From IMG/VR virus record IMGVR_UViG_3300046535_001697, positions 18,637 through 82,636 of that record: a stretch of 64,000 nucleotides of DNA. One strand, 5' to 3'. Positions 47,089-56,132 of this stretch are shown here, one piece after another (position 1 is the first letter of the stretch; each line of letters opens with the position of its first letter). The notes below the pieces were generated by a model that did no database searches, was not told the origin of the DNA, and saw only the letters and a program-made list of their open reading frames with translations. The stretch comes from a virus. The position numbers were made by a program, and so were the translations under genes.

Positions 47089-48216
47089 TCAGCCGGAGGT
47101 CGGTGCCCCGGCGGCCCGCATCTCCGCCAGCACAGCGTCCAGGGTGTCCAGGCACACCGAGGCGGCCTCCATGCGGGCCTGGTCGTCCTCGTCGTGCACG
47201 GACTTCGACGCGAGGCGCCACCACATGCGGGCGTGCTCCCGTTCCTCCTCGACCTCGGGCAGCGTCATCCCGGCCACCTGCCGGCGGGTGCGCGTGGCGA
47301 GGGCCGCCTTCTCCTGCGGGCTGAGCACGTCGGCGACGTCCTCGGTCTCGTACTCGACCACGTCGGCGCCCGAAGCGGCCCGCCACCGGACGAGTTCCTC
47401 CTCATGGGTGCCGGACGCGGTGGCCTGCGCCACCGTGCGCACTCGGGCCGGGTCCGGTTCCCTGCCGGCCATGAGACCGCCGACGAGGGTCAGTGGCCAC
47501 CTCGGGCCGACCACCCGCGGCAGCCGCGGATTGGAGTCGGTGACGAAGTCGAGTGGCTCGAAGTACTCCCACTCGACGCCGTCCGCGTCGACGACCCTGT
47601 CGCGGCCATCCAGCATCGGGTACGGGCGGCACAGCCGCTCCACAGTCATCGGCGCATCCGCCCAGGGGCGCAGCAGAAATCGGTGGCCGGCGCCGTCACG
47701 CATTGTCTCCCGGGTCTCGCTGACACCGTGTCGGAAGACGCCCACGACGGCGCCGCTGGTGTAGGAGACGTGAACGACGGACGGCGGGATGTCGATGGCG
47801 ACCATGTCGCCTTCCCTCACGTCGCTCGTCAGGCCGGTGATGCGGAACGGCCAGCGCTCCGGGCCTCCGGGCGCGGGGATGTCCACCGCAACCCTGCCTG
47901 GTTCCGTCTCCGGGTCGGTCCACGGCCAGACGAGCACGACCGTATCGCCCGGATCGGTCCCCCACACCTCCGCGACTGTGGCTACTCCAGGCGGGCAGGA
48001 GACCCGCAGCACGTCACCGCGCCGGATCACCTCGTCGGGGACACCGAACCCGTCGTCCGGCAGCCTGTCGCCAGGCGACACCACCACCAGGGCGCCGTCG
48101 GCCCCCGCCCCGGGGGCAGGCTGGTCGCGGACCGCTTCGACGGCCTGTCGGTGAGAACCACCGTCCTCGAGACGCCGGCGGCGGGCATCGTTCTTACGGG
48201 CGTGATTGGCAACCAC
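47089..48216 (-). CDS. Hypothetical protein with Arg-rich N-terminal helix
   Basis: 375 aa; GAGGAG RBS; 'NHARKNDARRRRLEDGGSHRQAVEAV'; two repeated 'RxGDxxxI..PP.V..V' segments. Confidence 0.7.
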   Translation of the reverse strand: MVANHARKNDARRRRLEDGGSHRQAVEAVRDQPAPGAGADGALVVVSPGDRLPDDGFGVPDEVIRRGDVLRVSCPPGVATVAEVWGTDPGDTVVLVWPWTDPETEPGRVAVDIPAPGGPERWPFRITGLTSDVREGDMVAIDIPPSVVHVSYTSGAVVGVFRHGVSETRETMRDGAGHRFLLRPWADAPMTVERLCRPYPMLDGRDRVVDADGVEWEYFEPLDFVTDSNPRLPRVVGPRWPLTLVGGLMAGREPDPARVRTVAQATASGTHEEELVRWRAASGADVVEYETEDVADVLSPQEKAALATRTRRQVAGMTLPEVEEEREHARMWWRLASKSVHDEDDQARMEAASVCLDTLDAVLAEMRAAGAPTSG

Positions 48217-48240
48217 GGCTCAAGCTCCTCAGCGCGTGCA

Positions 48241-48346
48241 CGGCCCGTGATCTGGCACGCCCAGGCCAAGGGCGAGCAACGGAGGTCCTGCTGTCGCGTG
48301 GATGCGGGGCACCTGGGGCCGTCAACGCCTCACCGGTCACGGGCCG
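48241..48346 (-). ncRNA. Putative structured RNA / 5' leader
   Basis: Perfect 10-bp closing helix CGGCCCGTGA/TCACGGGCCG enclosing three short hairpins. Confidence 0.55.
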
Positions 48347-48593
48347 GACAGGACTGGGCCGGGCCGACACGAGCGGCGGCCATCACGCAGGACGATACCG
48401 CGCCCTGCGGACAGGCTGCAGAAAAACGGGCCCGGGACAGGATGCGCCCTGTCCCGGGCCGGCGCCCCCAGGCGGTAATGCGCACACGCTACGCCCCAGG
48501 TCGGGCCGCGTCCACGGTCCGGCCGGAAACGCAGAAAAGGGGCCGGGGCCCGGGCGCCCATGACAGGCTCACCCGGGCCCCGGCCCGTACCGC

Positions 48594-49082
48594 TCATGCT
48601 GCCGCCCGCACCCGATCCAGATGCGGACCACACGACGCCTTCCTCCCCATCGTGTGACACGACTCCCCCGGCGCCGACCCGCACTTCGGGCACGCCACGT
48701 CCAGCGGATCCCGCCGCAGCAGCACCCCGCCGTGACTCACCGCCGCACGGCGCAGCACCTCGATCCCGTCGGTCAGGGCCCGCACCTCCGGCCCGGTCAG
48801 GGCGCGGTCCCGGGTCTTGGCGACCAGGGCGTCCAACTGCGCCGGCGTCGGGCCCTCGGCGACAACGGCGATCCGCATCCGCTGTTTGGCTTCCGGCGCA
48901 CGGCGCGGCGACGCGGGCACCTGCGGGACTTCCCGCTCCACCCGGTCCGGCGCGAGGTGCGGCTCGACGGCGGCGGCCAGCGCATCGATCTGCCGCACGG
49001 TGACCGGCAGGCCGAGCCGGTCCGCGGTATTCATCAGGGCGCGGCGGGCCCGCGAAAAAGTGATCGGGGTGAGAGTGTCCAC
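48594..49082 (-). CDS. Zinc-finger hypothetical protein
   Basis: 'CPKCGSAPGESC...H..R'; AGGAGG RBS. Confidence 0.65.
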   Translation of the reverse strand: MDTLTPITFSRARRALMNTADRLGLPVTVRQIDALAAAVEPHLAPDRVEREVPQVPASPRRAPEAKQRMRIAVVAEGPTPAQLDALVAKTRDRALTGPEVRALTDGIEVLRRAAVSHGGVLLRRDPLDVACPKCGSAPGESCHTMGRKASCGPHLDRVRAAA

Positions 49083-49099
49083 CGTTCCTCCTGTGCTGT

Positions 49100-49303
49100 T
49101 CAGGCTGCGGCCGGGTAGTCGGCAAGGTCTCGGATGACCGTGGCCGTGGGCCGTCCGGCGGGGATGGGTTCGAACTCGGGCTGGCAGTCGCCAAGCTGCG
49201 GGTTGAGCGCGCGCACGGTGCGGGGGTCGGCGCCGGCGGCGATCCGTTCCCACCGGTCGTTCTCGTCCACGGCGTCCGTGCCGGTGGCCGGCCCTGCGGT
49301 CAC
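49100..49303 (-). CDS. Hypothetical protein
   Basis: GTGA overlap with upstream gene. Confidence 0.5.
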   Translation of the reverse strand: MTAGPATGTDAVDENDRWERIAAGADPRTVRALNPQLGDCQPEFEPIPAGRPTATVIRDLADYPAAA

Positions 49304-49662
49304 GGCTCGACCACCTCCACCGGGATCCCCGCGGCCTCGGCGAGCTGCATGCAGCCGCGGGTACCCCTCGACTCGCCGTACGGGAACGCGAGACACAGGT
49401 CAGCGCCGGACTCGACCATCTGCCGGTTGCGGAGCGGCCCGGCAACGCGGCCGTGCAGCGTCCAGTTCGCGACGTACGGGTCCGTCTTGATGCGACGCGC
49501 GTGGGCCCACTTCGCGGCGTGGAGGTCAGCGCCGCTGGGGCAGTTGCCGTGGACGATGGTCAGCGTGTCGGGCTCGTGGCCGGTGGCCGCCCGGTCGAGG
49601 GCGTCCCAGACTGCCTGCTGGTTGGGCCAGTGGCGGCTGCCGGTGACGAGGATGCGGGGCAT
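49300..49662 (-). CDS. SLOG/DUF2493 (YspA-like) protein
   Basis: 'RILVTGSR.W...IVHG.CPSGAD...AGPLRNRQMV...CLAFP...SRGT'. Confidence 0.88.
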   Translation of the reverse strand: MPRILVTGSRHWPNQQAVWDALDRAATGHEPDTLTIVHGNCPSGADLHAAKWAHARRIKTDPYVANWTLHGRVAGPLRNRQMVESGADLCLAFPYGESRGTRGCMQLAEAAGIPVEVVEP

Positions 49663-49914
49663 GGTCAGTCCTTTCGGAGTGCGCGTTCGAGGGCTGCGAT
49701 TTGGTGGCGGTGTGCGCGTCCGGGGCGCTGGTCCGGGTCGGGCCGGCAGGCGGAGCGCTGGACCAGGGCGACGACCGTGGCGGAGATGGCGATCAGGACG
49801 GCGAGGACGATGCCGGTCACGGGTCGCTCCGGTCGCCGCGGCTGCCGCACCTGGCGGCGGCGAGGAACACCAGCAGGGCGAGCACGCCGAGCACGGCGGC
49901 GACGGCAGCCCACA

Positions 49915-50301
49915 TCACGACGCACCGCCCGCGATCCGACGGCTGCGCTTGCCGCTGTACCAGGGCAGCGCCAGCCCGTCGTTCTCCGCCCGGGGCACGA
50001 GGTGCAGGTGGAGGTGGAACACGGACTGCGTCGCTTCCCGGCCACGGCTGGTGATCACGTTCATCGGCCGGTCCGTCCAGCGCATCAGCTCCGCTGCCCG
50101 GCGCATCGTTGCCGCGGACACGTCCGGGTCGGCGGCGAAGTCCTGGACGTGGACCTTGGGCACGATGAGCGTGTGGCCCTCGACGACGGGGTTCAGCGGG
50201 ACGAACGCGACGGCGTCGTCCCATTCGTCGGGGGCGACGACCCACGTGGCGGGCTCCCGCCCGGCGACGATCTCGCAGAAGACGCAGGGGGTGCGGCTCA
50301 C
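49915..50301 (-). CDS. HIT-family hydrolase
   Basis: 'CVFCEIV...GHTLIVPKVH...QSVFHLHLHLVPR'. Confidence 0.92.
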   Translation of the reverse strand: MSRTPCVFCEIVAGREPATWVVAPDEWDDAVAFVPLNPVVEGHTLIVPKVHVQDFAADPDVSAATMRRAAELMRWTDRPMNVITSRGREATQSVFHLHLHLVPRAENDGLALPWYSGKRSRRIAGGAS

Positions 50302-50498
50302 GACGCACCGCCCAGCACGGCACGGGCCACCGCCAGGGCATACGGGTTGATCTCGCCCTGATCGTCGCCGTCCGCGGCGTCGTCGAGGAGTTCGGAGATG
50401 GCCCAGGCGAGGTTGCTGTCGGCGATCTCGGGCGCGGAGGTCCGGACGCGCTGGGCGGCGGCGTGCAGCTGCTCGGCGGGGGTGGGGGTGTCGGGCAT
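50298..50498 (-). CDS. Hypothetical protein
   Basis: MPDTPTPAEQL...ALAVARAVL; GGAG RBS. Confidence 0.55.
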   Translation of the reverse strand: MPDTPTPAEQLHAAAQRVRTSAPEIADSNLAWAISELLDDAADGDDQGEINPYALAVARAVLGGAS

Positions 50499-50548
50499 CG
50501 GTGCTCCAGGGGTTGGTGCCGGCCGCCAGGTGACGGCCGGCCAGACGG

Positions 50549-51637
50549 TCAAGCAGCGACAGCCGCACGGGCCGCGGCGGCTACGGGCTGCGGGAGGCCG
50601 AACGCCGCGGCACACACGTGCGCGGCCAGCAGCGGCGGCACAGCGTTACCGACCTGCTCAAACTGCCTCGTTCGGGTGCCCTGCCACGGATAGTCAGCGG
50701 GGAACGACTGCAGCACCCCGGCCTCCTGGACGGTGATGCGCACCGTGTCCGGGCTGGCGAACTGCGACTCACCGCCAGGGTTGCGGTTCCGGTGCCCCGG
50801 CGGCGCGATGCGACTGTCAGCGCACACGGTGGTGGCGGGCCGTACGTGAATCCACTCGACGCGGGCCGCGTTGTTGCCGAACGCGACGGTCGGCGCGGGC
50901 TCGCCTAGGCCGCGGATTGCGGCGCCGGCCTGGTTGCCGTTCCTGAGCATCGTTCCGTCGGCCGGCCAGCTGAGCGCGTCGGCCATGGGCACCCAGGGGG
51001 CCCGGCCAGGGCCGAACAGGCCGGCGTCCTCGGCGTGCTCCGCGTGGGTCGGCACGGGGGGCTGCACGGCCCGGACCCGGGACGCTATGAGGATCGCCCG
51101 GCGGCGGGTCTGGGGGACGCCGTAGTCGGCGGCGTTCAGCTCCCCGGCCCACACGCTGTAGCCCCAGCCGCGCAGCGTCTCGGCGTACTGCCGGAACAGG
51201 GGCAGCACGTCGGGGACTTCCTCCATGACGACGTCTTCGGGGCGGAGGTCGGCCAGGTAGCGCATGGGTTCGGCGGCGAGCAGGCTGCGCGGGTCCTGGC
51301 ACTGGGCGAGCAGGGCGGTCCGGGTGTCGCGGCCGTGCGCGAGGTCGTGGACGGCCTGGTGCACGAGCGGCTGGTCGACTAGGCCCAACCGCTTGCCTGC
51401 GCGGGACCAGGCCTGGCAGGGCGGGGAGGCGATGAGGCGGCGGATCCGGCCCTTCATGGGGGCGGTGGCGAGCTGGGCGATGTCGGCGCGCACGGTGTGG
51501 TGCCCGGCGGCGCGGCGGGTCCGGCAGGCGGCGGCGTCCCATTCGATGCCGATGTCGATGAGGCCGAGGTGGCCGCGGATGCCCTCGGACCAGCCGCCGG
51601 GGCCGGCGAACAGGTCCAGCACGTCGGGGGTGTGCAT
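50549..51637 (-). CDS. C5-cytosine DNA methyltransferase
   Basis: Motifs 'DLFAGPGG', 'SPPCQ', 'EEV', 'YGVPQTRRR', 'QVGNAVPP'. Confidence 0.93.
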   Translation of the reverse strand: MHTPDVLDLFAGPGGWSEGIRGHLGLIDIGIEWDAAACRTRRAAGHHTVRADIAQLATAPMKGRIRRLIASPPCQAWSRAGKRLGLVDQPLVHQAVHDLAHGRDTRTALLAQCQDPRSLLAAEPMRYLADLRPEDVVMEEVPDVLPLFRQYAETLRGWGYSVWAGELNAADYGVPQTRRRAILIASRVRAVQPPVPTHAEHAEDAGLFGPGRAPWVPMADALSWPADGTMLRNGNQAGAAIRGLGEPAPTVAFGNNAARVEWIHVRPATTVCADSRIAPPGHRNRNPGGESQFASPDTVRITVQEAGVLQSFPADYPWQGTRTRQFEQVGNAVPPLLAAHVCAAAFGLPQPVAAAARAAVAA

Positions 51638-51646
51638 GGTGTCTCC

Positions 51647-51871
51647 TCAGCGGGTCGGCGCGGCAGCAGGGACGGCGGCGTGGCGGGTGCGGCGGATGTC
51701 GACGGCGGCGATGTCGACCTCGGCACGGCACCACTCGCGCGTGCCGTCCGCGCCGGGCCGCTTGTGCCAGTGGGTGAGGCGGATCATGCCGTCGCCGTGG
51801 CGGGGATTGTGTACGGCCACCGCCTTGTCGCAGTTCGGGCAGTCGGCGTATTCGGTCCACGGGGTGGCCAT
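51647..51871 (-). CDS. Small Zn-ribbon protein
   Basis: 'CPNCDK...H...C'. Confidence 0.55.
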   Translation of the reverse strand: MATPWTEYADCPNCDKAVAVHNPRHGDGMIRLTHWHKRPGADGTREWCRAEVDIAAVDIRRTRHAAVPAAAPTR

Positions 51872-51873
51872 GG

Positions 51874-52158
51874 TCAGCTCTCTTGGGTGCCGCGGGCGGC
51901 GCGGTAGGCAGCCAGGTCGGTGGGGTGCAGCGGCCCGTCGAGGATCGGGCCGATCATGCCGACGATCCCGGCCGGGTCCTGCTGGACGTCGATCGGTGTC
52001 AGCGTCTGCTCGATGAGCCACAGGCGGGCGCGCAGTCCCTCCTTGGCCGCGGCGGCTTCGGTGAGGACCTGGTCGCGGTAGGCGTCGAGGAGCGGGCCGA
52101 TCGGCGTGGCGCGGCTCCAGAGGTTTTCGATCCGCTCACGGGCGGTGGGCTGTTGCAT
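51874..52158 (-). CDS. Hypothetical protein
   Basis: AGGAG RBS; 'LLDAYRDQVLTEAA'. Confidence 0.55.
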   Translation of the reverse strand: MQQPTARERIENLWSRATPIGPLLDAYRDQVLTEAAAAKEGLRARLWLIEQTLTPIDVQQDPAGIVGMIGPILDGPLHPTDLAAYRAARGTQES

Positions 52159-52198
52159 GGTGTGCTCCTGGTGGCTGGTGCGGGTGGCGGGTGGGGGC

Positions 52199-52945
52199 TC
52201 AGGCAGCAGGCAGGGTGGCCTGTGAGAGGCGCAGGGCGGCCCGTTCGGCATAGGGCTCGTGGGCCTCAATGCCGATGGCGCGGCGGCCGGCCTGCCGAGC
52301 GGCGTCGAGGGTGGAGCCGGAGCCGGCGAACAGGTCGAGGACGAGTCCGCCGGGCGGGCAGGCGTAGCGGATCAGCGGGTCCAGCAGGCCGATCGGCTTC
52401 TCGGTGGGATGCAGGCCACCGCGGACGGATTGCGCGCGCTGGACTGATCGCATGAGGCGGGTGCCGTCGTCGGTGTACCGGTGCGCACCGATTGCTCCCG
52501 TGTGCGGCGTCCGGGCTGTGCGGGCGCGGGCGTGCTTGTCGGGGCCGTTGTACGAGACTCGCGGGGTGTCGTGGTGCACGCCCCCCCAGCTTCCGCGATA
52601 CCAGTGCGTGGCGATCTCGTGGACGCGCTTGAAGCGGTCGGTGGCGAAGCCTGTTCCGTTGGCCTTCTCCCACACGATGTCCTGGCTCATCTGCCAGCCG
52701 GCCCCGGCGAACTCGGCGCCGTGCTGGAGGAACATGCGCATCGACCCGAAGCACCACATCGACGACGCGGCCGTGGCGGCAAGGGTGGGCCAGCAGTCGG
52801 GCCACCGGTCCCAGGTGAGGGACGTCTCGCCGTAGGGTGGATCGACTACGATCAAATCGGCCTTGATGCCGAGGGCGGGAAGAACCTCGCGGCAGTCCCC
52901 GAGGTAGAGTTTGACGTTTTCGTCCTCGTAATAGGGCTCGGTCAT
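52199..52945 (-). CDS. N6-adenine/N4-cytosine DNA methyltransferase (beta class)
   Basis: 'DPPY' precedes 'HPTEKP...LDLFAGSGST'. Confidence 0.93.
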   Translation of the reverse strand: MTEPYYEDENVKLYLGDCREVLPALGIKADLIVVDPPYGETSLTWDRWPDCWPTLAATAASSMWCFGSMRMFLQHGAEFAGAGWQMSQDIVWEKANGTGFATDRFKRVHEIATHWYRGSWGGVHHDTPRVSYNGPDKHARARTARTPHTGAIGAHRYTDDGTRLMRSVQRAQSVRGGLHPTEKPIGLLDPLIRYACPPGGLVLDLFAGSGSTLDAARQAGRRAIGIEAHEPYAERAALRLSQATLPAA

Positions 52946-53565
52946 GACGCAGCTCCGATCTCGTAAAGGGCTCGCGCGAACGGGTAATCGGCGAACCGCT
53001 TGCCAATTTCGGCCCCAGCGGGGCGGATCTGGATCAGGGTTCGAGTGAGAGAGGGCGGCATGTAGGCCACCTGTCGAGCGTCAAGGCCGACGAGGGCAAG
53101 CAAGTCGAACTCGTCTGCCGCGTACTTGCGTCGACCGCCCTTGCCCGCACGCCGGACATGCCACTGGTACGCAGGGACGGAGCCGGTTCGCTGCGGTATG
53201 TCCCGTGCAGCTCTCGTTGACTTGACCTGCAGCCGCACGAGTCGGCCGCCAAGGTCGACAGCTACGTCGTAGGCGCAGTTCTGGTCCGTTCGGAAGGCCA
53301 CGTAGCCACCGAGTAGAAGGTCTGCACACACCAGATGCTCACCTGCCGTGCCGACGTCGAGGTCCGTGGGCTCGCGCGCGTTGACAATCTCCGGTGCTTC
53401 CCGCCAACGAGCAAGAGAGTCGTTTTTGATCGGCGTCGGCCCGCTGTCCGGCTTGCCGGCTTTGAACCAGCGGAGGTAGCAAGGGCGGCACCACCCGCGG
53501 CGAAGGTTGTTCTTCTCTGCTCCGCAGCTGGAACAGGGGGTGGGCGTTGCGGGGTTGTCAGGCAC
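52942..53565 (-). CDS. PD-(D/E)XK endonuclease with N-terminal Zn-finger (homing-like)
   Basis: 'GTAGEHLVCADL...YDVAVD...RLQVKST...Y...FD'; lower GC. Confidence 0.8.
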   Translation of the reverse strand: MPDNPATPTPCSSCGAEKNNLRRGWCRPCYLRWFKAGKPDSGPTPIKNDSLARWREAPEIVNAREPTDLDVGTAGEHLVCADLLLGGYVAFRTDQNCAYDVAVDLGGRLVRLQVKSTRAARDIPQRTGSVPAYQWHVRRAGKGGRRKYAADEFDLLALVGLDARQVAYMPPSLTRTLIQIRPAGAEIGKRFADYPFARALYEIGAAS

Positions 53566-53639
53566 CTCGGGCTCCTTCGTGGCTGGGTGGCGGGCGGGGG
53601 CGGGCGGTGACGGCCGCCCCGCCAGCAGAGATCAGGCGG

Positions 53640-53975
53640 TCAGGAGAAGTCCGGCGGCAGGGCGTCCGGGACGTTGGCCATGGCCTTGGTGATGAAGCTG
53701 GCCGGCGGGACGAGCGTGGCCGGGGCGCGGTCGGCGGCCTGCTCCCGGGCCTGCTCCAGCTCGGCGCGGAGCCGGCGGATCTCGGTGTCGCGCTGGTCCA
53801 GCTCGGACTGCACCACGGCCAGGAGTGCCTGGGTGTACTGCTCGCGAACGCGGACGCAGTCCGGGCATCCGGTCTCGCCGGGTTCGAAGCCGCATTCGCC
53901 GCAGAACGCTCCGGCCTCTGACAGCGCGGCGGCGATGCGGTCGGCGAGGGGCTGGGGCTGCTGGGTCACGGTCAC
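53640..53975 (-). CDS. Hypothetical protein
   Basis: CGECG...CPDC plus coiled coil. Confidence 0.55.
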   Translation of the reverse strand: MTVTQQPQPLADRIAAALSEAGAFCGECGFEPGETGCPDCVRVREQYTQALLAVVQSELDQRDTEIRRLRAELEQAREQAADRAPATLVPPASFITKAMANVPDALPPDFS

Positions 53976-54163
53976 GCCTCCTGGCTGGTTCGCTGGGCCG
54001 CGACAACGGCGCGGACATGGCGGACGGGGACGCCGAAGCGGACGGCGACCTGCATCAGCGGGGAGTGGCACCACCGCTTGCGGTAGTAGTCGTGCTGCGA
54101 GCGCTTCTTGGCGGCGCGCCACATCAGGTACATGCGACGCTCGGGCGTCTGGGCCATGGTCAC
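53972..54163 (-). CDS. Small basic HTH-like protein
   Basis: 63 aa, coupled at both ends. Confidence 0.5.
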   Translation of the reverse strand: MTMAQTPERRMYLMWRAAKKRSQHDYYRKRWCHSPLMQVAVRFGVPVRHVRAVVAAQRTSQEA

Positions 54164-54426
54164 GCCTCCTGCGGGTCAACGTGGGTGAGGGCGATGCACG
54201 CCCCGTGTCCGTCGACCCAGACGACCGCGGTGTGCCCGCCGAGCACGGAGGCCCGGGAGCGGGTCGTGGTGTCGAGGCGCGTGATGTCGTCGATTCCGGG
54301 AGCGGCCTCGGGCCGGAACCCGGGGTAGGCGATCACGCGGGTGCCGATCGGGTAGCGCTCGTTGAACCGGTCGGCGGCCATGCGCTCGTTGGCCTCGGTG
54401 ACGGTGGCGGGCTGGGGTGTGGTCAT
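54160..54426 (-). CDS. Conserved phage hypothetical protein
   Basis: 'FNERYPIGT.V...TRSRASVLGGHTAVVWV...IALTHV'. Confidence 0.75.
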   Translation of the reverse strand: MTTPQPATVTEANERMAADRFNERYPIGTRVIAYPGFRPEAAPGIDDITRLDTTTRSRASVLGGHTAVVWVDGHGACIALTHVDPQEA

Positions 54427-54461
54427 GGTGGTCTCCGGTCAGCGGACGGACGGGACGGGGG

Positions 54462-54950
54462 TTAGGCAGCGAGCTGGGATGCCCACACATCGAGCTGGCC
54501 GGTGCGTTCCGCGGCCTTCCCGACACAGGACGGGCACCAGGTGAGGCCAGCGGGCGGGGAGGCCGGGAGCGGGTCGATCAGGACCGTCTCCGAGTGCGTG
54601 ACGTCGTAGCCGCCCGTCCCGCACAGGGCCTGACGGCCCGGGTGCTTGCCGTCCTCGCGCATGATGTGCAGCCGGCGGACCTGTCCGGCGCGACGCTCGG
54701 ACCCGGAGTGGTAGCCGCGGTAGAACGCCCTCACGATGCGGCCTTCGCCAGCCAACGCCTCTTCGCGGGTGTCCGACCGGACGTTGGACTTGTCGATCAC
54801 CCAGCGGCCGACGGTGTTGCCCGTGTGGCGCCGGTCGTCGCTGTCGTCGAACACGACGGTGTCGTAGCGGTTCGGGCCGAGCTTGATGGTCGACACGGTC
54901 AGGGTGCGGTCGTCGGTACCGATGCGGCTGACGCGGACGGTCTCGGTCAT
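54462..54950 (-). CDS. Hypothetical protein
   Basis: 162 aa, AAGG RBS, C-terminal 'WCPSCVG'. Confidence 0.6.
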   Translation of the reverse strand: MTETVRVSRIGTDDRTLTVSTIKLGPNRYDTVVFDDSDDRRHTGNTVGRWVIDKSNVRSDTREEALAGEGRIVRAFYRGYHSGSERRAGQVRRLHIMREDGKHPGRQALCGTGGYDVTHSETVLIDPLPASPPAGLTWCPSCVGKAAERTGQLDVWASQLAA

Positions 54951-55013
54951 GGCTGGCCTTTCGGGCTGGTCGGGTGGTGGGGTGCCCGTACGGGACAGGC
55001 ACCCGGGCGGTGG

Positions 55014-55463
55014 TCAGAAGGGCCTGAGGGTGCTGTTCGACAGGACGTACGCGTGGCCGTACTCGGGGTCGAGGCGCGGGCCGGCGGCGCCGTGGTGGAA
55101 CTCGGTGACCGCGCGCTGCAGGTCGCTGGTGGCCTCGAAAAGCTCCAGCGCCTCGTCCTTCAGGTACTTCAGCGCCCAGTCGGGCAGAGAGCCATCGACG
55201 GCGTCGCCGCGGAACTCGCTGTCGAGCGCGTCGAGTGCGTCGCGCCAGGTGGAGAGCATGTCGAGGTGGCTGCGGATGAACTCGTCAGCCGCCGACTCGA
55301 AGGTGACACCTTCTCGGTTGAGGCTCACGGCGTACGCGGCGAGGTCGCGGATGGCCTCGCCGGTCATGAAGGCGAAGCAGTCAGGGATGCCTGCGATGGC
55401 CTCTTCGTAGCGGTTGCACGCGTCGTGCAGGCGCTGCCGGGGCGGGGTCTGGCCGAGGGCCAC
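55014..55463 (-). CDS. Hypothetical helical protein
   Basis: 149 aa, AGGAG RBS, downstream of conserved promoter. Confidence 0.65.
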   Translation of the reverse strand: MALGQTPPRQRLHDACNRYEEAIAGIPDCFAFMTGEAIRDLAAYAVSLNREGVTFESAADEFIRSHLDMLSTWRDALDALDSEFRGDAVDGSLPDWALKYLKDEALELFEATSDLQRAVTEFHHGAAGPRLDPEYGHAYVLSNSTLRPF

Positions 55464-55516
55464 GGGTGTCTCCTGGGGGCTGGTGGTGTACGGGCGGGAC
55501 AGCGGGGCGTGGTGAC

Positions 55517-55556
55517 GACACTACGCCTTAAGTCTTACGCGCGCAAGACTTAAGCG
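55517..55556 (-). promoter_or_regulatory. Promoter with overlapping palindromic operator (copy 1)
   Basis: TTGCGC-17bp-TAGTGT with TAAGTCTT-N8-AAGACTTA. Confidence 0.75.
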
Positions 55557-55575
55557 AAGGGAGGGGAAACACCAA

Positions 55576-55601
55576 GGCCCGACCTCCGAAGAGACCGGGC
55601 C
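55576..55601 (-). terminator. UUCG hairpin after ssb
   Basis: GGCCCGGTCTC-TTCG-GAGGTCGGGCC. Confidence 0.65.
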
Positions 55602-55619
55602 CACCACACACCACCCACC

Positions 55620-56132
55620 TCAGAAAGGCGGCTCTTCCGAGAACCCCTGCTGCGGAGCACCCCACCCACCGCCACCGCCCTGCTGCCCCGCCGAATCCCC
55701 CCAGCCACCACCGCCGCCCGAGCCGCCCTGCCTCGCCTGACCGCCACCCGCCGTCGCCCCGCCCGGCCGCTGCACCCTCGTCACCTTCGCCGTCGCCGAC
55801 CGCAGCGTCGGACCGACCTCGTCGACATCCAGCTCCATCACCGTCCGCTTCTCTCCCTCCTTCGTCTCGTAGGAGCGCTGGCGGAGCCGGCCCTGGACGA
55901 TGACGCGCATGCCGCGCTGCAGCGACTCCGCCACGTTCTCGGCCGGCTGCCGCCACACGGTGCACGGGAGGAACAGGCTGTCGCCGTCCTTCCACTCGTT
56001 GGTCTGCCGGTCGTAGGTGCGCGGGGTAGACGCGATGCGGAACTTTGCAACTGCGTCGCCGCCGGGGGTGAACCGCAGCTCGGGGTCGTCGACCAGGTTG
56101 CCGACCAGGGTGATCACGGTCTCTCCAGCCAT
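55620..56132 (-). CDS. ssb: Single-stranded DNA-binding protein
   Basis: '[23 protein letters not shown]...' with C-terminal 'EEPPF'. Confidence 0.97.
   Translation of the reverse strand: MAGETVITLVGNLVDDPELRFTPGGDAVAKFRIASTPRTYDRQTNEWKDGDSLFLPCTVWRQPAENVAESLQRGMRVIVQGRLRQRSYETKEGEKRTVMELDVDEVGPTLRSATAKVTRVQRPGGATAGGGQARQGGSGGGGGWGDSAGQQGGGGGWGAPQQGFSEEPPF

Noticed and set aside
53970-54171. GGTCACGCCTCCTG direct repeat around a small gene
   Set aside because: Explained by Shine-Dalgarno plus GTGA start/stop coupling.
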